Source of the DNA: Chrysemys picta bellii
Taxonomy: Eukaryota
Assembly: GCF_011386835.1 (NCBI RefSeq)
Contig: NC_088807.1
Span: 1,116,001-1,180,000, forward strand
DNA length: 64,000 nt
Direction of reading: 5' to 3'
The position numbers and the translations under genes are program-made. Shown piece by piece: positions 1 through 12,260 of this stretch. The notes under the pieces are model-generated. The model was given only the letters and a program-made list of their open reading frames with translations, was not told where the DNA came from and made no database searches. Every line of letters starts with the position of its first letter. Position 1 is the stretch's first letter.

Positions 1-745
1 AGACCCTGCTACAGATCCCTGCCTTGCAGTGAATTTTCAGAAGATCATATCAATTCATGGAGAGTAAATGAAATTCACCCCCGGGCAGAAGGGCAGCACA
101 AGACCTAGGCATCAGTTCAGTTCCTACATAAGTATTTAAAATAGGGCTGCAGTAGGACATCAATGGGTCCCTGGCCATGCCTCGTCCCTCTGACCGTTGA
201 TGAATTCCATCCTGTGTCCGTGTATATGTTCTCTTTGTATAGCTCCCCCTGTGTAACTCACTGTATCTTCCTTCCGAATGGATTGAAAATACAGACACAA
301 ATTAGACTTTACTAGCACCTCCCCTGTATACAAACCCTTTGACGGGGATCTGGGCCATTACATATCAGATGCTATGGAAGCCCATTCCACGGGCCTACAC
401 CTGAAAATTCCCGCTCAGTTCAGCACAGAGGGACAGCAGCAGCTGGGGTGTGGTAGAGAAAAGGATGAACTCTCCCCAGCCTGGCTCAGCTGTGAGTGTT
501 TGAAGATGGGGTGTCCTTGTGTTCCCGAGAGACACCAGGGCTCAAAAAATGACTAACGCCATTGCAGATAAACCAAAGGAGCTGGCAAGAAACCAGGTGA
601 CACTGGATATTTCAGGCTCTGGAAGGGACCTGTCAATCCCGCCATGTTTGCAGTGCTGGGGTAGCCATGCTGCCTTGACATGCTGTAGCCAGGTGGTTCT
701 GTGATGCCAGGATTCCCTTCCGCCAGTCCTCCGCAGCGTAGCCTC

Positions 746-945
746 CTAGTGACCTCTGCAGATGTCTTCCCACTGGCCCAAGGTGCTGATGTCCCTGCTG
801 TATTTGGAGTTCCAGTCCCGTTCAAACACGGCCTGGAGTTGTTCCCGCACTGTGAGCTCGCCCTGGCCATTTGCGTCGCTCTGGTTCACCACAAGCGCAG
901 ATCCTGCTGTTCTTATAAAATAGTCTCCTGACCAGTTGGAGGTAC
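746..945 (-). CDS. PLD3: PLD3 last coding exon ([10 protein letters not shown]...EDICRGH*)
   Basis: AAG acceptor at 946-948; TAG stop at 748..746. Confidence 0.96.
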
Positions 946-3900
946 CTTCGGGGAGAAGGAGGAGAGAGCTTATCGCACCTGCCGGCCCAAACGCCATCAT
1001 GACGCTGGCAGCCCTGGGCTCTCCCATATCAGACACGTCTGTTCTACCAACCCAGGCATGTCCGCAGAATCTCTGCTGGGTGTGCTGCCTGCCCCAGCAT
1101 TTCCTGGGTACGCCCTCAGTTTGCAATTCCTCTCCTCTTGTCCTAGCTAGGAACGTGCCCTCCCCGCCCCGAGTCCAGCACCACAGCGCGCAGTTGCTGT
1201 TCTCTTATGAGCACTGACGGGGAGCAGACCGGCCATGTGCAGGCCCCTCCGCTGGTTCCCTGTGTGTTTCAGGCTTGAGTTCAAAGCTGCCCACTTTATA
1301 GTTAAACTTCTTCACGGCCTTGCTCCCCCTGTCCTGACCCTACAGCCTTAAAGCGAGTGGGAATGGCCCCTGAGCAGCCCCCTTTGTGCGGGTGCCGCCC
1401 CAGCTGGGGGGGGCTGGTGTAAGGCGTGTGCCCTCGCCAGTCTCAGCCCCTGGCCTAGGGGTGCGGCCGGAGTGCCCAGCGCCCGGCTAGTCTCTGCTCC
1501 CCTGAAGCTATGAGAAGCAGAAAGTAAATTAGAGCAGACTTAGGCCCCTGCAACTGACACCATTGTAAGGGTCTCTCCCTGCACGCAGGAACGGAGTAGC
1601 TGAGAATCGTACCACTGGCGTGCCTCTCGCTCTGCCCCCCTCCTCGTTCCCCGGGGCCAGCTAGTGTCACTTTCCTCCCGCCACTGTCCATGCAGGGGCG
1701 GTCTCCTGTGCCGGCAGTCGGAGTCTGTGCCACGCCGCCTCGTCAAATCTTGCCTGGACACAGCACAGCCTTTGCTCGCCTAGAGCTCCCGCGCTCTCCC
1801 CGGCTCTGGGTTATTTAGTACGTAATCCTGAACGATGTTATCCAGTGTGCGGGGAGAGGGTTTGTCAGTGCGACAAGGAGGAAGGAGACAGGACGTGTTT
1901 AATAGTGGCGGTAGGGAGGGGTCGGCAGCGGGCTCTACTCACCGATATAGGCCACCTTGTCGGTGACCATGTACTTGTTGTGGTTGACTCTCGCGTAGGG
2001 GATCTCGGCTTGTGTTTCATTGGCCGGAACGGTGAAGAGCCTCTTCAAATGGAAGGGAGGAAAACAGAGACCCCACGGAATGAGTGTCCTACCGCATCAC
2101 TGCACCGCAAACACTGGCCGTGAAAGAGCCGGGCTGAACCCAACGCCTGCGGGGTGGAGACCAGGCCTAGGTGGACAAAGCTCTAGGTCCTGATTCTCTG
2201 GCCCCTGCACCATGTGCAGTCACTGCCACCACTGCGGGAGGAGTGAAAAATGCACCCACCTTGCCTGCTCTTTGTACCGGTGTCCATGGCGGCACAACGC
2301 GCAGGGCAACAGCAGCCAATCAACCCTTAGAATCGGCTCTAGCCAGTCTCAGCAACAGCACGTGCCTATGGGGCAGCTCACCCGAGCCTCCAGCTGCTGC
2401 GGAACAGACTGTGCAGATCTACCCTAAACCGACTCCCAGCCACAGCACTGGCCGTGGGCTCGGCTGTGCTCCCCTCGCAGCTGATTCCAGGACACGCGCC
2501 CCCCGATTTCCCCACAGAGCCCTGCTCAGAGGGGGCACTGCGTGATCGGCGGGGTTCCTAGTTGGACATGGCTGGGTTGATTTCACGGCTCGGGGAATGA
2601 GGGACAGTGGTCCCTTTAGTCTCAGCAAGGCCCTTTGGATCCAGCTGGTCTCCTACCACAACTACAACCCTGGAGAAATCTTTCCAGCATTCGATGGATG
2701 AGGAAACCAGTCCAGAGAGGAGCTGTCTCAATGGAGGTCAGGACTACGCGTGCTTCGCTTTAACCGTGGGCTTCAGTGCTTTGCTGGATCAGGGCTTTAG
2801 GGACTTGCCAAAAGCCACAAGAAGGGGAATGAGTGTAAGGCCAGGTCTACACTAACCCCCTAATTTGAACTAAGGTACGCAACTTCAGCTACGTAAATAA
2901 CGTAGCTGAAGTTCGAAGTACCTTAGTTAGAACTTACCTTGGTCCACACTCGGCAGGCAGGCTCCCCCGTCGACTCCGCGGTACTCCTCTCGCCGAACTG
3001 GAGTACCGCAGTCGACGGCGAGCACTTCCGGGTTCGACTTATCGCGTCCAGACAAGACGCGATAAGTCGAACCCAGAAGTTCGATCGCTCGCCGTCGAAC
3101 TACTGGGTAAGTGTAGCCAAGGTCTTAGAGGCAAGAGCCGAACTGCAGGATTCCAGACCCCGGCTGCTGTGCCGAGCTCGGAGCATTACTCACCACTTCC
3201 ACGCTGTAGTGCGTCCTGTTGTCCTGCATGGCAGCCAGAGATTTCAGGAAAGGAAACATGGCTGGCTTGGAGTGCTCCCAGCAGCCAATCAGCAGTCGAA
3301 CGTGGACTTGCCTTTCGTAGGCTGCTTTCCTGAGATGATTGTCAATAGCTGGCCAATACCTGGGGAAACAAACAAGGTTTGCCCTGCCGTCTCTCCGAGT
3401 TACTAGCTACAGTGGTGGCTGCCTGGGGTCCTTGTCAAGTAACTTTTTCAAGGCCTGAATCTTCAGAATGGACTAGCAATTTTAGGATGCCCCATGTGCA
3501 ACACCTGAAAGAAGGGACAGCCGATGAAGATCGCGTCCCTTAGGGCATCTCAGTTTGGGCTGCTAAAATCACAGGCCCCTTTTGAAAACGGGGCCCGTGG
3601 GTTTTACTCTGCGCAATCCTAGCGGTTCTCAACAGAGGGCGTGGCGTGAAAAACGCATGGAGTGGATCAGCAGCAGACACAGGAGTGTTCAAGGGAGAAG
3701 TCTGAGTCGCACATGAGGCCCAGGAGGAAACAAAGGCTGAGAGATGGGCAGTGGAGGCGGGTGAAGCCTTAAAGGACGAGGATTACACCCCCCTGCCCTT
3801 GTTACTGAATTCAACTCAGACACAGCTCATGCCCACTGGCACGCACTGCGCTGCGAACTCAGCACTGCCGTGTGCCCAGCGCGTGCTCGGCCTGAGAGCT

Positions 3901-6900
3901 ATTCGCAAAGGGCTGCTGAGGCTTTACCTCCTGGGGTGTGAGAACTCCATGGTTGGCAGGTAACTCATCACGGCGATGTGCACGAACTGGCTGGCATCGT
4001 CGATGACGCCGAGCAGCGCATGGAGGTCCTCCGTCCGTCCCTCGGCACACAAGGCTGGCGGGGAGCTCTGGGCACAGCACAGAGAGGGGTCAAGCTGACG
4101 GCTGCACGGTCGGGAAGGAAATTTTCCTTCCATGTGCAACACTGTCTGACTGGTCAGGTGCACCCCGGGGGGCTTGAACTCACTTTGAAGCAGCAGGTAT
4201 TGGCCACGGTAGGAGGCAAGGTGACTGACCAGAACAAGGGTCTGTTTGGTTACGGCAACTCCTACATGAAACCAATAAGAAGGGGCAGAAGAGGGTTACC
4301 TTGAGGTGCCTCGACTTACAGAAAGGTACACACTGGCATCTGTCCCGTTCAGCTGCACCTCCAGAGGCGTCTCCTTGTTGTACGTGGTGGAGTAGTTGGC
4401 CGGCCAGGGCGATGGAATGGAGGCGTCCGGCACCCCCAGAACCCAGTAGGCTTCAAACATCTTCCCTAAGTCCTTGGCCAAGCAGCTGCAATTGTAGACA
4501 GCCACGCCCAGCTCCTTCACCTGCGGGACAAGCAGCCCAGAACTCCCCGTCACGTGCAGCCGGCTGGTGTGAGGAATTCCCAGCGCTGTGGTTGTGTAAG
4601 CCGCGGATTTCTTTAGCTGGAGGTTTCAGAGCCTCTGGGGACTCCTTCCCCCCCCCCTCCTCTCTAGCTAATCTCTCTAGGTTCTCATTGGCACCACAGT
4701 ACCTGAGCGCCCCAAAGAATCAGAGCGACAGCGCTGGCCTTGCCAGTGTCTCTGCTGGGCTCATTCTGACAGCCCCAGATGAAGAACAGCCAATCAAAGT
4801 GGGGCTGGAGCCAGTCCAAACTGCTCCTGGCCCCAGGCGTGGAAATAACATTTCCATCAGGCTACACGGCCTCTCTCCGAGGGGCCATACGCAGCAGGTC
4901 TGACCTTCAGCCCTGGGCACTTTGCTACAGAGATGCTTTGATTTTCCTGAGGAAGGGTCTTCAGCAGCCCCCAGGATTCCCAGCCCCCGCAGGCTTGGGC
5001 ATGAAGAATCCTAGATGTTAGAGACCAACACCCCAGTTCCACAGCGAGGCCCATGTGGCTGGCTCCTCCCCTGGCCATTGACCTCAATGGGGTCTGTATG
5101 GGGTCAGGCTCCGTGCCGCTCATTGCCAGACAGGGCCCCAAGTCAGTAGCAGAGCTGGGACCAGTTCCTGGCGACCAGTTCCTACTCTCAGCACTAAGCG
5201 ACGCTCCCTCAGCTTTCCCTATATCCCAGACTGGTCCCGCCTCAGTCCTAGCTCAGAGCCTGCCCAGCGCCTGCCCACTCAAGCAGGGCTTCTTCTGATG
5301 ACCCCAGATGGAGAACAGCCCATCAAAGGCACAAGCATATGTGGCACCCCAGCTCGGGCGAAGACCCTCTTGCCCCTAGGAGGTGTTTACCTGGGTGAGG
5401 GAACGCCAGTCCATGTTAGCGCTGCCAAGATAGACGTGGGTCTTGTCAACGATCCAGAACTTGGTGTGCAGCACCCCGCCAGTCAGCCTGCGCATGTTGA
5501 CTTTGCGGACAGCAGCCCCTAGGGTTTGTAAAGGACATAGAGCTCTTTCACGGCCAGATCCCAGAACAGGAACGGTCCCTTCAGAGAGCCGCACAGGCGC
5601 CAAACCGGCCAGAGGGGGCCCTGGGGAGCTGTTTCCGGATTCCCCGGGTGTCTTCTGCAGAGCCTCTTGTGACCCGGCCAGGCGGTGCCCAGTGGTTCGT
5701 TATCAGAGGGCTGCTCCTGAACCCCGATTGTAAGGACTCGGGGACTAGGACCTGGGTCTCCAGTGCCACAGGAAGTACCGCCCAAGAGACCCCGAGTGAC
5801 AGTACCCTGCGGCCCTCTCATTGGCCATGTGCCCCTACTTAATCCCAGGGGCTGGCCCAGGAACTTGTCTGGGCAACCACATGGGCCATGGCCTGCTGCA
5901 GTGCCAGACTTCCCCTCGTCCCCTGATCTCTGGTCTTCGACCCCGGCCTGACTCTTGTTTATGGGATCCAGCCTTGTGAGTCCTGCGACTCCTGTCCCTG
6001 GTGGGCAGACCTCAGCCCAGCTGTAACCACTAGGCCAGACCGCCTATGTCCCGGTCCCTTACACTGATGGGGCTAAGCAGGCTGCTTTGGTGGGAGAACA
6101 GCCAAGATATTCAAAAGTGCCTAGTGAATTTTGGGTCCCCAAAGTGTAGCACCATGAAGGGGCTGATTTTCAGAGGGTGGGTGCTCGGCTCTTTCTGGAA
6201 ATCCGGCCCCGTCAGGGGGTCTCAGGTTGGGCCCCCGACACTCAGGAATCTCACCGCTCTGCTCCAGCGCTTGCAGGTCATCCGGGGGCTGCTTCGAGGA
6301 CGGGCTGCTGACTGCGATTCTCACCGCGATGCCTCGCTGGGGTAACTGCAGCAGTTCTGCCAGGATTTCTTCACCCTGTTTTTAAAAGAGGAGTTACAAA
6401 CACCAGTCAGTCCAGAGGAGGGGCTCTCTGCCTCCTCACCAGCTCAAAGTGGGCATGATTCATCCGGCCATGTGCATGTGCCAATACACGCAGCCCCATG
6501 GGCATCACACTGACTAGGGGAAATTCACCCCTGACTCGTGCTGGTCTCTCTGCATGGGGCAGGGGCTGGGCATTGGGCTTGCCTTCCCAGCTCACGGGGC
6601 GGACTCACTGCATCTCCTTCCAGTCTGGCCCTGTCTCTTTCCTCTGCCAGGATCTGAGCCAGCATGACCCGCTCTGATCTAACCAAAGCCATGAAAGAGG
6701 CTTTGCAAAAGGAGGCTCAAGCTCCGGCAAATCAATGTTCCACTCAACAGCCTTCCCTAACTGGCTTCCTTGATGGCCTGGGAAGAGGAACCCGTTACTA
6801 GCTTGGTAATTAGACGCTAATTTGGGGTGGATTCAGCTGATTCGACTGCGGTTTCCTGCCCTCGCTGAGGGACACAGGGGTGTCAGAGTGAATGAATGAA

Positions 6901-9900
6901 TCCAGGGGTACCAAGAGGAGTCTCGGCACTTTTCTACACGCGGGTTCGGAAGTGATGGAGTTAGATCAGTACAGCTTATTCCGGTAAATTACACTACAAG
7001 GGAGTCACGTTGGCGCCAGCCCTGGGAGCGCCAGCCTGCAGGCTGAGGAGCGTTCTGGCCCCGTCCAGCAAAGCCTGTGAGCATACGCTGAGCAGGGGAG
7101 CAGTTCCACTGACTTTAGCAGGTCGACTCCCAGGCTGGAGCCCGAGGCGGGATCAGGCCCTGGCAGGATCCAGCCCCTAATTAAGCTTTTGCTATTTACT
7201 TGGTCAGCCGTGGCTTCCTGAGTGTGCGTGTCATCGTTTGTCAGGGTCCAATAGAAAGAGGAGATGTCCAAGCTGCTCTTAGCACCTCCGATCAGGTTCT
7301 TCCAGGCCTGAAAAGTGGACGGGTTCGCCGTGCTGTTGGCTTCGTACACCATTCCCTCGGGGATGCTTTCCACCAGCACAATCCTACCAGGGACGACAAC
7401 GCTGATCACCTCTGAGCTGGCCCACGTCGGGCCCAGCTCATCACAGCCTCCGGCCGTCACTTACAGCCGGGCACAGTGGGGTGGGGCCCAAGGATGGCAT
7501 GTTGCACTGGTGTGTACATGACTGCCCAAGGTACAGGACAGCAGTGAACTGGGCCTGCTCTGAGAGCATTAATACTTGGCTGCAAAGGATCCTGGGGTAG
7601 GCTGCCCCGTACTCTGGCAGAGCACGCCATGGGAGAAACCGAGCAGATGGCTGGGGATTGCTAGTGAGCAAAGGCCGAGACGCCCGGCCGTGCAATCATT
7701 AAAAACCCCATGCTCAGAAGAGTCACTCACCTGCAAGGGTCACTGCACGTGTTGTCTGGATCCTGCCCCACTTTCTCTCTTCCCAAAGGGGAACCGAACG
7801 GAAAAACTAGGAGATGAGTGAGAACCCCGGCCAAGAGCACGCCCACCAGGATCACAGCCAGCAGGGCACGGCGCGGGTACTGGGGGCGGAAAGAGAGAAC
7901 AAAATGGAGACGGGCAGGCGGTTGAGACATTCAGCTGAAAAGCCAAAGCCTGGGCCTGATTTGCCACTGCCCTGCGCCCGTGCAGTCATTCACACTAGTG
8001 CAAAAGGGGTGTGAAATGCTACTGACTCAGACAACGTTTTGTACCCCCTCTGCACTGTTTGCACTGGTGTAAATGACCGCACAAGGAGAAGACAATGGTT
8101 AGACCCAGAGAGCATAGTTCTGGTCTCACACCAGTTTTACACTGGTGTATCTCTACTGTCTTTAATACAGTTACTCCTGGTTTACCCTGGTGCAAGCAAG
8201 AGAAGAATCAGGCCCTCTGATCCCAGCCGCTCGTTCCTCCGCCTGCATGCCCAGGTGTAGCCAAGTCTGACTGCCACAAGCCACCTACTAGCGGGTCGTA
8301 AACAGGTGCAACAGAACCTACTGGGCGTGGTTCTGTGCTCACTTACGCAGCTGTACATTGGGAGCAAGTCCCCTGAAGCCACGGGGGCCTGATTCTCAGC
8401 TGGCAATCGCTGCACTGAAGTCAGTGGAACTGTGCTGATCTACTCCAGCTGAGGGACTGGCTCAAGAGAGTCGCTCCGGTGTGAATGGCAAACGGGGCCT
8501 GTTGACTTGGGGCCAGTGCTGGACCTGAGCTGTAAGCGTCCCCTGCTCTGGCAGTTCTCAGCAAACACAAGCTGTAAACTTCACGCCGCTTACAATCACC
8601 CCTGGGGGCGTGATGCAAACATAAGCAGAACCAGCCCAGCATGACCCGGGGAATGCAGAACAAGCGCTTCCTTTGTGGGGCCGTTCGGCTCTGCTGACTC
8701 CGTGGTTTTCTGGCTGAGCTCAGCCCCTTGGAGACAACTTACCTTCTGGGAAAGCCGGTTCGGCTGCCTAGGCAGCAGGAGCTCTTCCCGGCTCTCGAGA
8801 GCGTTCAGCTGTGAGGGGACAGGAAAAGACAGCTGTATGCTGTGTCTGAAACAACCGGGAGTGTTGACATCTCAGGGGCAGACTGGATGCGCCTGGTGCA
8901 GTGGGAGCATGGAGGGGATGGTGACAGGCCCCGATGAACACAAGTAGTTGGGTTCCTAGCTTTCAGTGCGTTCAATGGACGTTCGGAGCCTAAATACTTC
9001 TGTGCATCTGGGCCGTAACTCCTCCCAAGCTGCCATGCGTTATTAGACCGTATCCTGCAGTCCTTGGTGTTCCTGGGGTTTTGCCTGAGGCTTGTAAAGT
9101 GGCTGGACCACAGAGGACAACAGCCTCCTGCTGCTGCTGGCTAAAGAAGCCACTCCTTTAGCTCAAGCGGGAGAGGTCTGTACTTTGGTGCAGATGGCCA
9201 GTGGCGAGTTGCTGTGTAAAGACTGCCCAATACATCTCTTAGGTGCACTCCTTGTAAAGCGAACCAGAGCAGTGGTTCGATTTGCACCAATCTCCCTCTG
9301 CTCTCGCTCATTTCACTGCCAGCAGAATGTGGAGTGTAAAATGATGGGGAAATGGAAGATTCTGTCTTAGGTCCAAGGGAAAAGAGACCCAGTTCTGTGA
9401 TTCAAAGGACCCCAGGCACCAATGACTGCTATGGAAACAGCCCATTTGCTTCGGGGACTAATTGCAATCACAAGCCTGGCCTGGCAGTGGCTGAAAAGAA
9501 GAAAGCGCGTTCCCATTTTGCCTTGTAACCTTTGGCTTCCTCTGTCGGTTTTTTCCACTGTTAGGTTTTAGTGTCCTACATGTTCTAGGGGAGAACCTAA
9601 CCCAGGGGCTTTGTGCAGGTTCAGGTGAGGGAAGATCCCAGAGCAAGGCCTCTGCGGCTTTGAGTTAGCATTTTACTGTCACACGTTAAGGGTATCTGAC
9701 AAAATTCTCTCCTCAGCTCAAATGTCAATGCTGGGAATTTGGCCACTGGTCCTGGTTGTAAGGATGCGGGGGTGTAGAACCCAGGCTTGTGGGAACCTGG
9801 GTAACTGATGCACCACATTGCCTCTGGGGAGCTCAGCAAAGTGAGGGTGAGGCCCTGCAGGACGTCCTGGCCGAAGAGACCAGAGTGACGGAACCCTATG

Positions 9901-10505
9901 GCTGCCCAATTCAGCTACTCTAGCCGTGTAAACCAGAAGTTCCCGAGCAGCAAAGCAGACCCTGCCTTGCTCCTGCCTCTTCCCTCCGACCCTGGCCCAG
10001 GCCCAGCCGCCTCCATCCCAGCCATTGCACCTAGCTGGAGAACGCACTACACACCTTTGAATGCATGTGGACGTCCCTGTTTTACAGAGGGCTGAGAGCA
10101 ACCTAGATTCAGACCATGTAGATGCTTCTACTCCATGACCCGGGCTACTCCTCAGAGCTGCCTCTGGCCAGAGCACCAACAGACTCCTGTTTACTTGGGC
10201 CCTGCAGTAAAACACTGAAGCAAGTTAATGTTGCTGCAGACTCCCAGGGCACGGCAGCACCTCGTGCATCTGTCAGGCTCCTCGGTTAACCACAGCCCGA
10301 GAGACGTACGTTGGGGCTCAGCATCTTACAAACATCAAGCATGTATACAAAGACCAGGAGAATGAGACCCTGGGACATTCTTCCCCGGAGCCCACACAGA
10401 CCTGGGACCTTCACTAGAGCAGCCAATGGCAGGATCGAAGAAGGAGATGGAGAGTTTGTGTCCGTTTCTAAGGCATACCTTCTTGGGGGTTACAGAGAGC
10501 TTCAT
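746..10505 (-). CDS. PLD3: Phospholipase D3 (lysosomal 5'-3' exonuclease, type II membrane protein), complete spliced CDS, 493 aa
   Basis: complement join(10479..10505,8743..8808,7731..7879,7200..7383,6255..6375,5391..5518,4320..4520,3928..4067,3194..3359,1943..2042,746..945) = 1482 nt. All introns are GT-AG and phases are consistent. N-terminal TM segment [24 protein letters not shown]; motifs [54 protein letters not shown]. Position next to C19orf47 matches PLD3 rather than PLD4. Confidence 0.96.
1943..2042 (-). CDS. PLD3: PLD3 coding exon 10 (second HKD motif HNKYMVTD)
   Basis: [33 protein letters not shown]; 100 nt; AAG acceptor, GTGAGT donor. Confidence 0.95.
2839..3124. mobile_element. 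Non-autonomous PIF/Harbinger-type MITE in PLD3 intron 9
   Basis: Imperfect 15-bp TIRs GGCCAGGTCTACACT / AGTGTAGCCAAGGTC, flanked by TAA (2836-2838) and TTA (3125-3127), consistent with the TWA target site of Harbinger. Three internal hairpins. Confidence 0.8.
3194..3359 (-). CDS. PLD3: PLD3 coding exon 9 ([16 protein letters not shown]...YSVEV)
   Basis: 166 nt, CAG acceptor, GTGAGT donor. Not shown as an ORF in the track; read by hand. Confidence 0.95.
3928..4067 (-). CDS. PLD3: PLD3 coding exon 8 ([15 protein letters not shown]...EFSHPR)
   Basis: 140 nt, CAG acceptor, GTAAAG donor. Confidence 0.96.
4320..4520 (-). CDS. PLD3: PLD3 coding exon 7 ([18 protein letters not shown]...VYLS)
   Basis: 201 nt, CAG acceptor, GTAAGT donor. 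Confidence 0.97.
5391..5518 (-). CDS. PLD3: PLD3 coding exon 6 (first HKD motif HTKFWIVD)
   Basis: [30 protein letters not shown]; TAG acceptor, GTAAAC donor. Confidence 0.97.
6255..6375 (-). CDS. PLD3: PLD3 coding exon 5 ([10 protein letters not shown]...DLQALEQSG)
   Basis: Translation matches PLD3; CAG acceptor, GTGAGA donor. Confidence 0.95.
7200..7383 (-). CDS. PLD3: PLD3 coding exon 4 ([10 protein letters not shown]...[10 protein letters not shown])
   Basis: Translation matches PLD3; TAG acceptor, GTAAAT donor. Confidence 0.96.
7731..7879 (-). CDS. PLD3: PLD3 coding exon 3 (transmembrane segment, [11 protein letters not shown]...CSDPCR)
   Basis: CAG acceptor, GTGAGT donor; hydrophobic TM followed by CxDPC as in PLD3. 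Confidence 0.93.
8743..8808 (-). CDS. PLD3: PLD3 coding exon 2 ([22 protein letters not shown])
   Basis: Pyrimidine-rich acceptor TTTTCCTGTCCCCTCACAG, donor GTAAGT, 66 nt, phase 0/0, no stop. Confidence 0.8.
10479..10505 (-). CDS. PLD3: PLD3 coding exon 1 (MKLSVTPKK); whole exon probably 10479..10565 including 5' UTR
   Basis: 27-nt ATG-initiated segment followed by donor GTATGC. Upstream acceptor CCTTTTCCAG at 10566. Same 9-codon size as the human first coding segment (MKPKLMYQE), but sequence similarity is low. Confidence 0.72.
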
Positions 10506-11369
10506 TTTTCCAGAACCTCGTAGGCCCAGTGTTGAGTGATGCAGCAGGAGAACGAACCAGCAAACCTGGAAAAGGCCAGATGGGAGCAGAACATGATTTC
10601 ACTGGAGATATGCCTCATTTTAAGCAAGCGGAGGTGAGATCAGAATCGGGTCCCGCTAAATTCTACTCTAGAAGGTGACTGGCTATAAGTAACCCTGTGA
10701 CTGCCACATTAATTCTCTCTGTGATTCCAGGGCAAACGTGATCCGCTCACCAGCGAGAGGCGGCGTGCGCTAACCGCTGGCACTGCAAACTCCACCTGGG
10801 ATCTAAAACCACAGCTGGTTTCTTTCTACCTTCCACATCCTCATTCTGCACTCTGCCCTGGACTGGCGTTTCTGTGGCTGCTCTGTGAGCCAGGACTGAG
10901 CCCAGCGCGCTCTTTGGTAGCTGGGGAGGGGGGGAGAAATGGGGGACAGCTGCCCTGGGGGAGCGCATAGTGTGTTTCTGGCCCAGCCACTCATGAGGGC
11001 AGCACTCCTGCAGCTGCGGAGGGGGTGCAGTACATGTCGGCTGAGCGCCTCCCCCATCTCTCTGGTTCCACTGAGGACGCAGTCGCTGCGCCATGGATCG
11101 CACGGTGCTGAATTCCCTCCCGGGCATCGCCCTCCCTGCCCCAGGCCTCCTTGCTCGGGTGGGGGATGGGGACACCAGGACGGATTTCACAAGGGCAAAT
11201 GTTGGGTCACAAGGCTGGAGACACCAGGCACGGGGAGGCTGTCATGTGTCTCGGGCAGAAAGAAGGAAGTTTCGCTGCAGGAGGGGTCAGTCAGCACATT
11301 CAGGCTGTGACCGCTCGCCTGCAGAGGTCAGGAAGGACATTCCCTGCCTCCATGCAAAGTTTCTAATGA

Positions 11370-12260
11370 GCCCAGCTCAGACTCAGTGCTCCCTTCTTGT
11401 CGTCCTTGCCTCTCGCACCATCAGCCCTGCTCTTCTGAAGCCAAGGGAGGACAAGATTTCCAGAGCCTCTGTCCCCTCTGGTTCCCCTCCTGCCTCTTGA
11501 ATTGCTCCTTCAAAGGATCCTGTGGGGTTTCCACAGAGCTCTGTCCTGGGTCCCTGTGCTTCTCTCCTTACACCTTATCTCTGGGGCATTTCATCTACAC
11601 ACATCAGTTCAGCTACCCTCTCGTTGACCTACTTCTCACCTTCTGTCCAAACTGAAATCTCAGCCTGTCTCTGTGACCTCTCCTGGTGGAGGTCCAGCTG
11701 TCAGACCAAGCTCCGCATGGCTAAAACAGCTCTTCATCTTCCCCGCCCAAGTCCTCCCTGCTACCCCTGTTCTTGATCGCGGTGGACAACACCACCATGC
11801 TGCCTGTCACTCTGGCTCCTAACCTGGGCGTCGCCTTTGATTTGGGCCTCTCTCTAGGTCCTCACATCCAGGCTAGGTCGAAATCTTGCCAACTCTTTCT
11901 GCAGAACATCTCCAAGATCTGGCCTCTCTGCTCCATCCGAAAAGCTAAACCTCGCAGCCAGGCCCGCCTCATCCAGGCTGGATTGCCACAAGCTCCTTCT
12001 CTCTGGCCTTGACCCGTGCAATCTCCCCCACACTTGCCCATTCAGAGGGCGGCGGCAAAGAGATTGTCCAGCCCGTGGCTTTGACTACATCAACCTCCCT
12101 TGGCGGGTCTTTGCTTTCAGGGCCCTCCATGGCCTATCCCCACCCCACCTCTCCTCACACATGAGATGCCGACTCCTAGCTCCCCTCAGCCCAGGCCCCC
12201 AGCCTCCATCACCCACTTGTTAAATGTGCAAATGCCCCTGTGTACTTTCTCTGCTGCTGC
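11370..12260 (+). mobile_element. Decayed L2-clade LINE reverse-transcriptase fragment
   Basis: Translates to GFPQSSVLGP (RT motif GVPQGSVLGP) and IAVDNTTMLPVTLAPNLGVAFDLGLSLGPHIQ...CQLFLQNISKI, typical of L2 ORF2; frameshifted, with stops. Confidence 0.85.

Noticed and set aside
11370-12260. Functional reverse transcriptase gene
   Set aside because: Short, frameshifted, motif-degenerate L2 relic.
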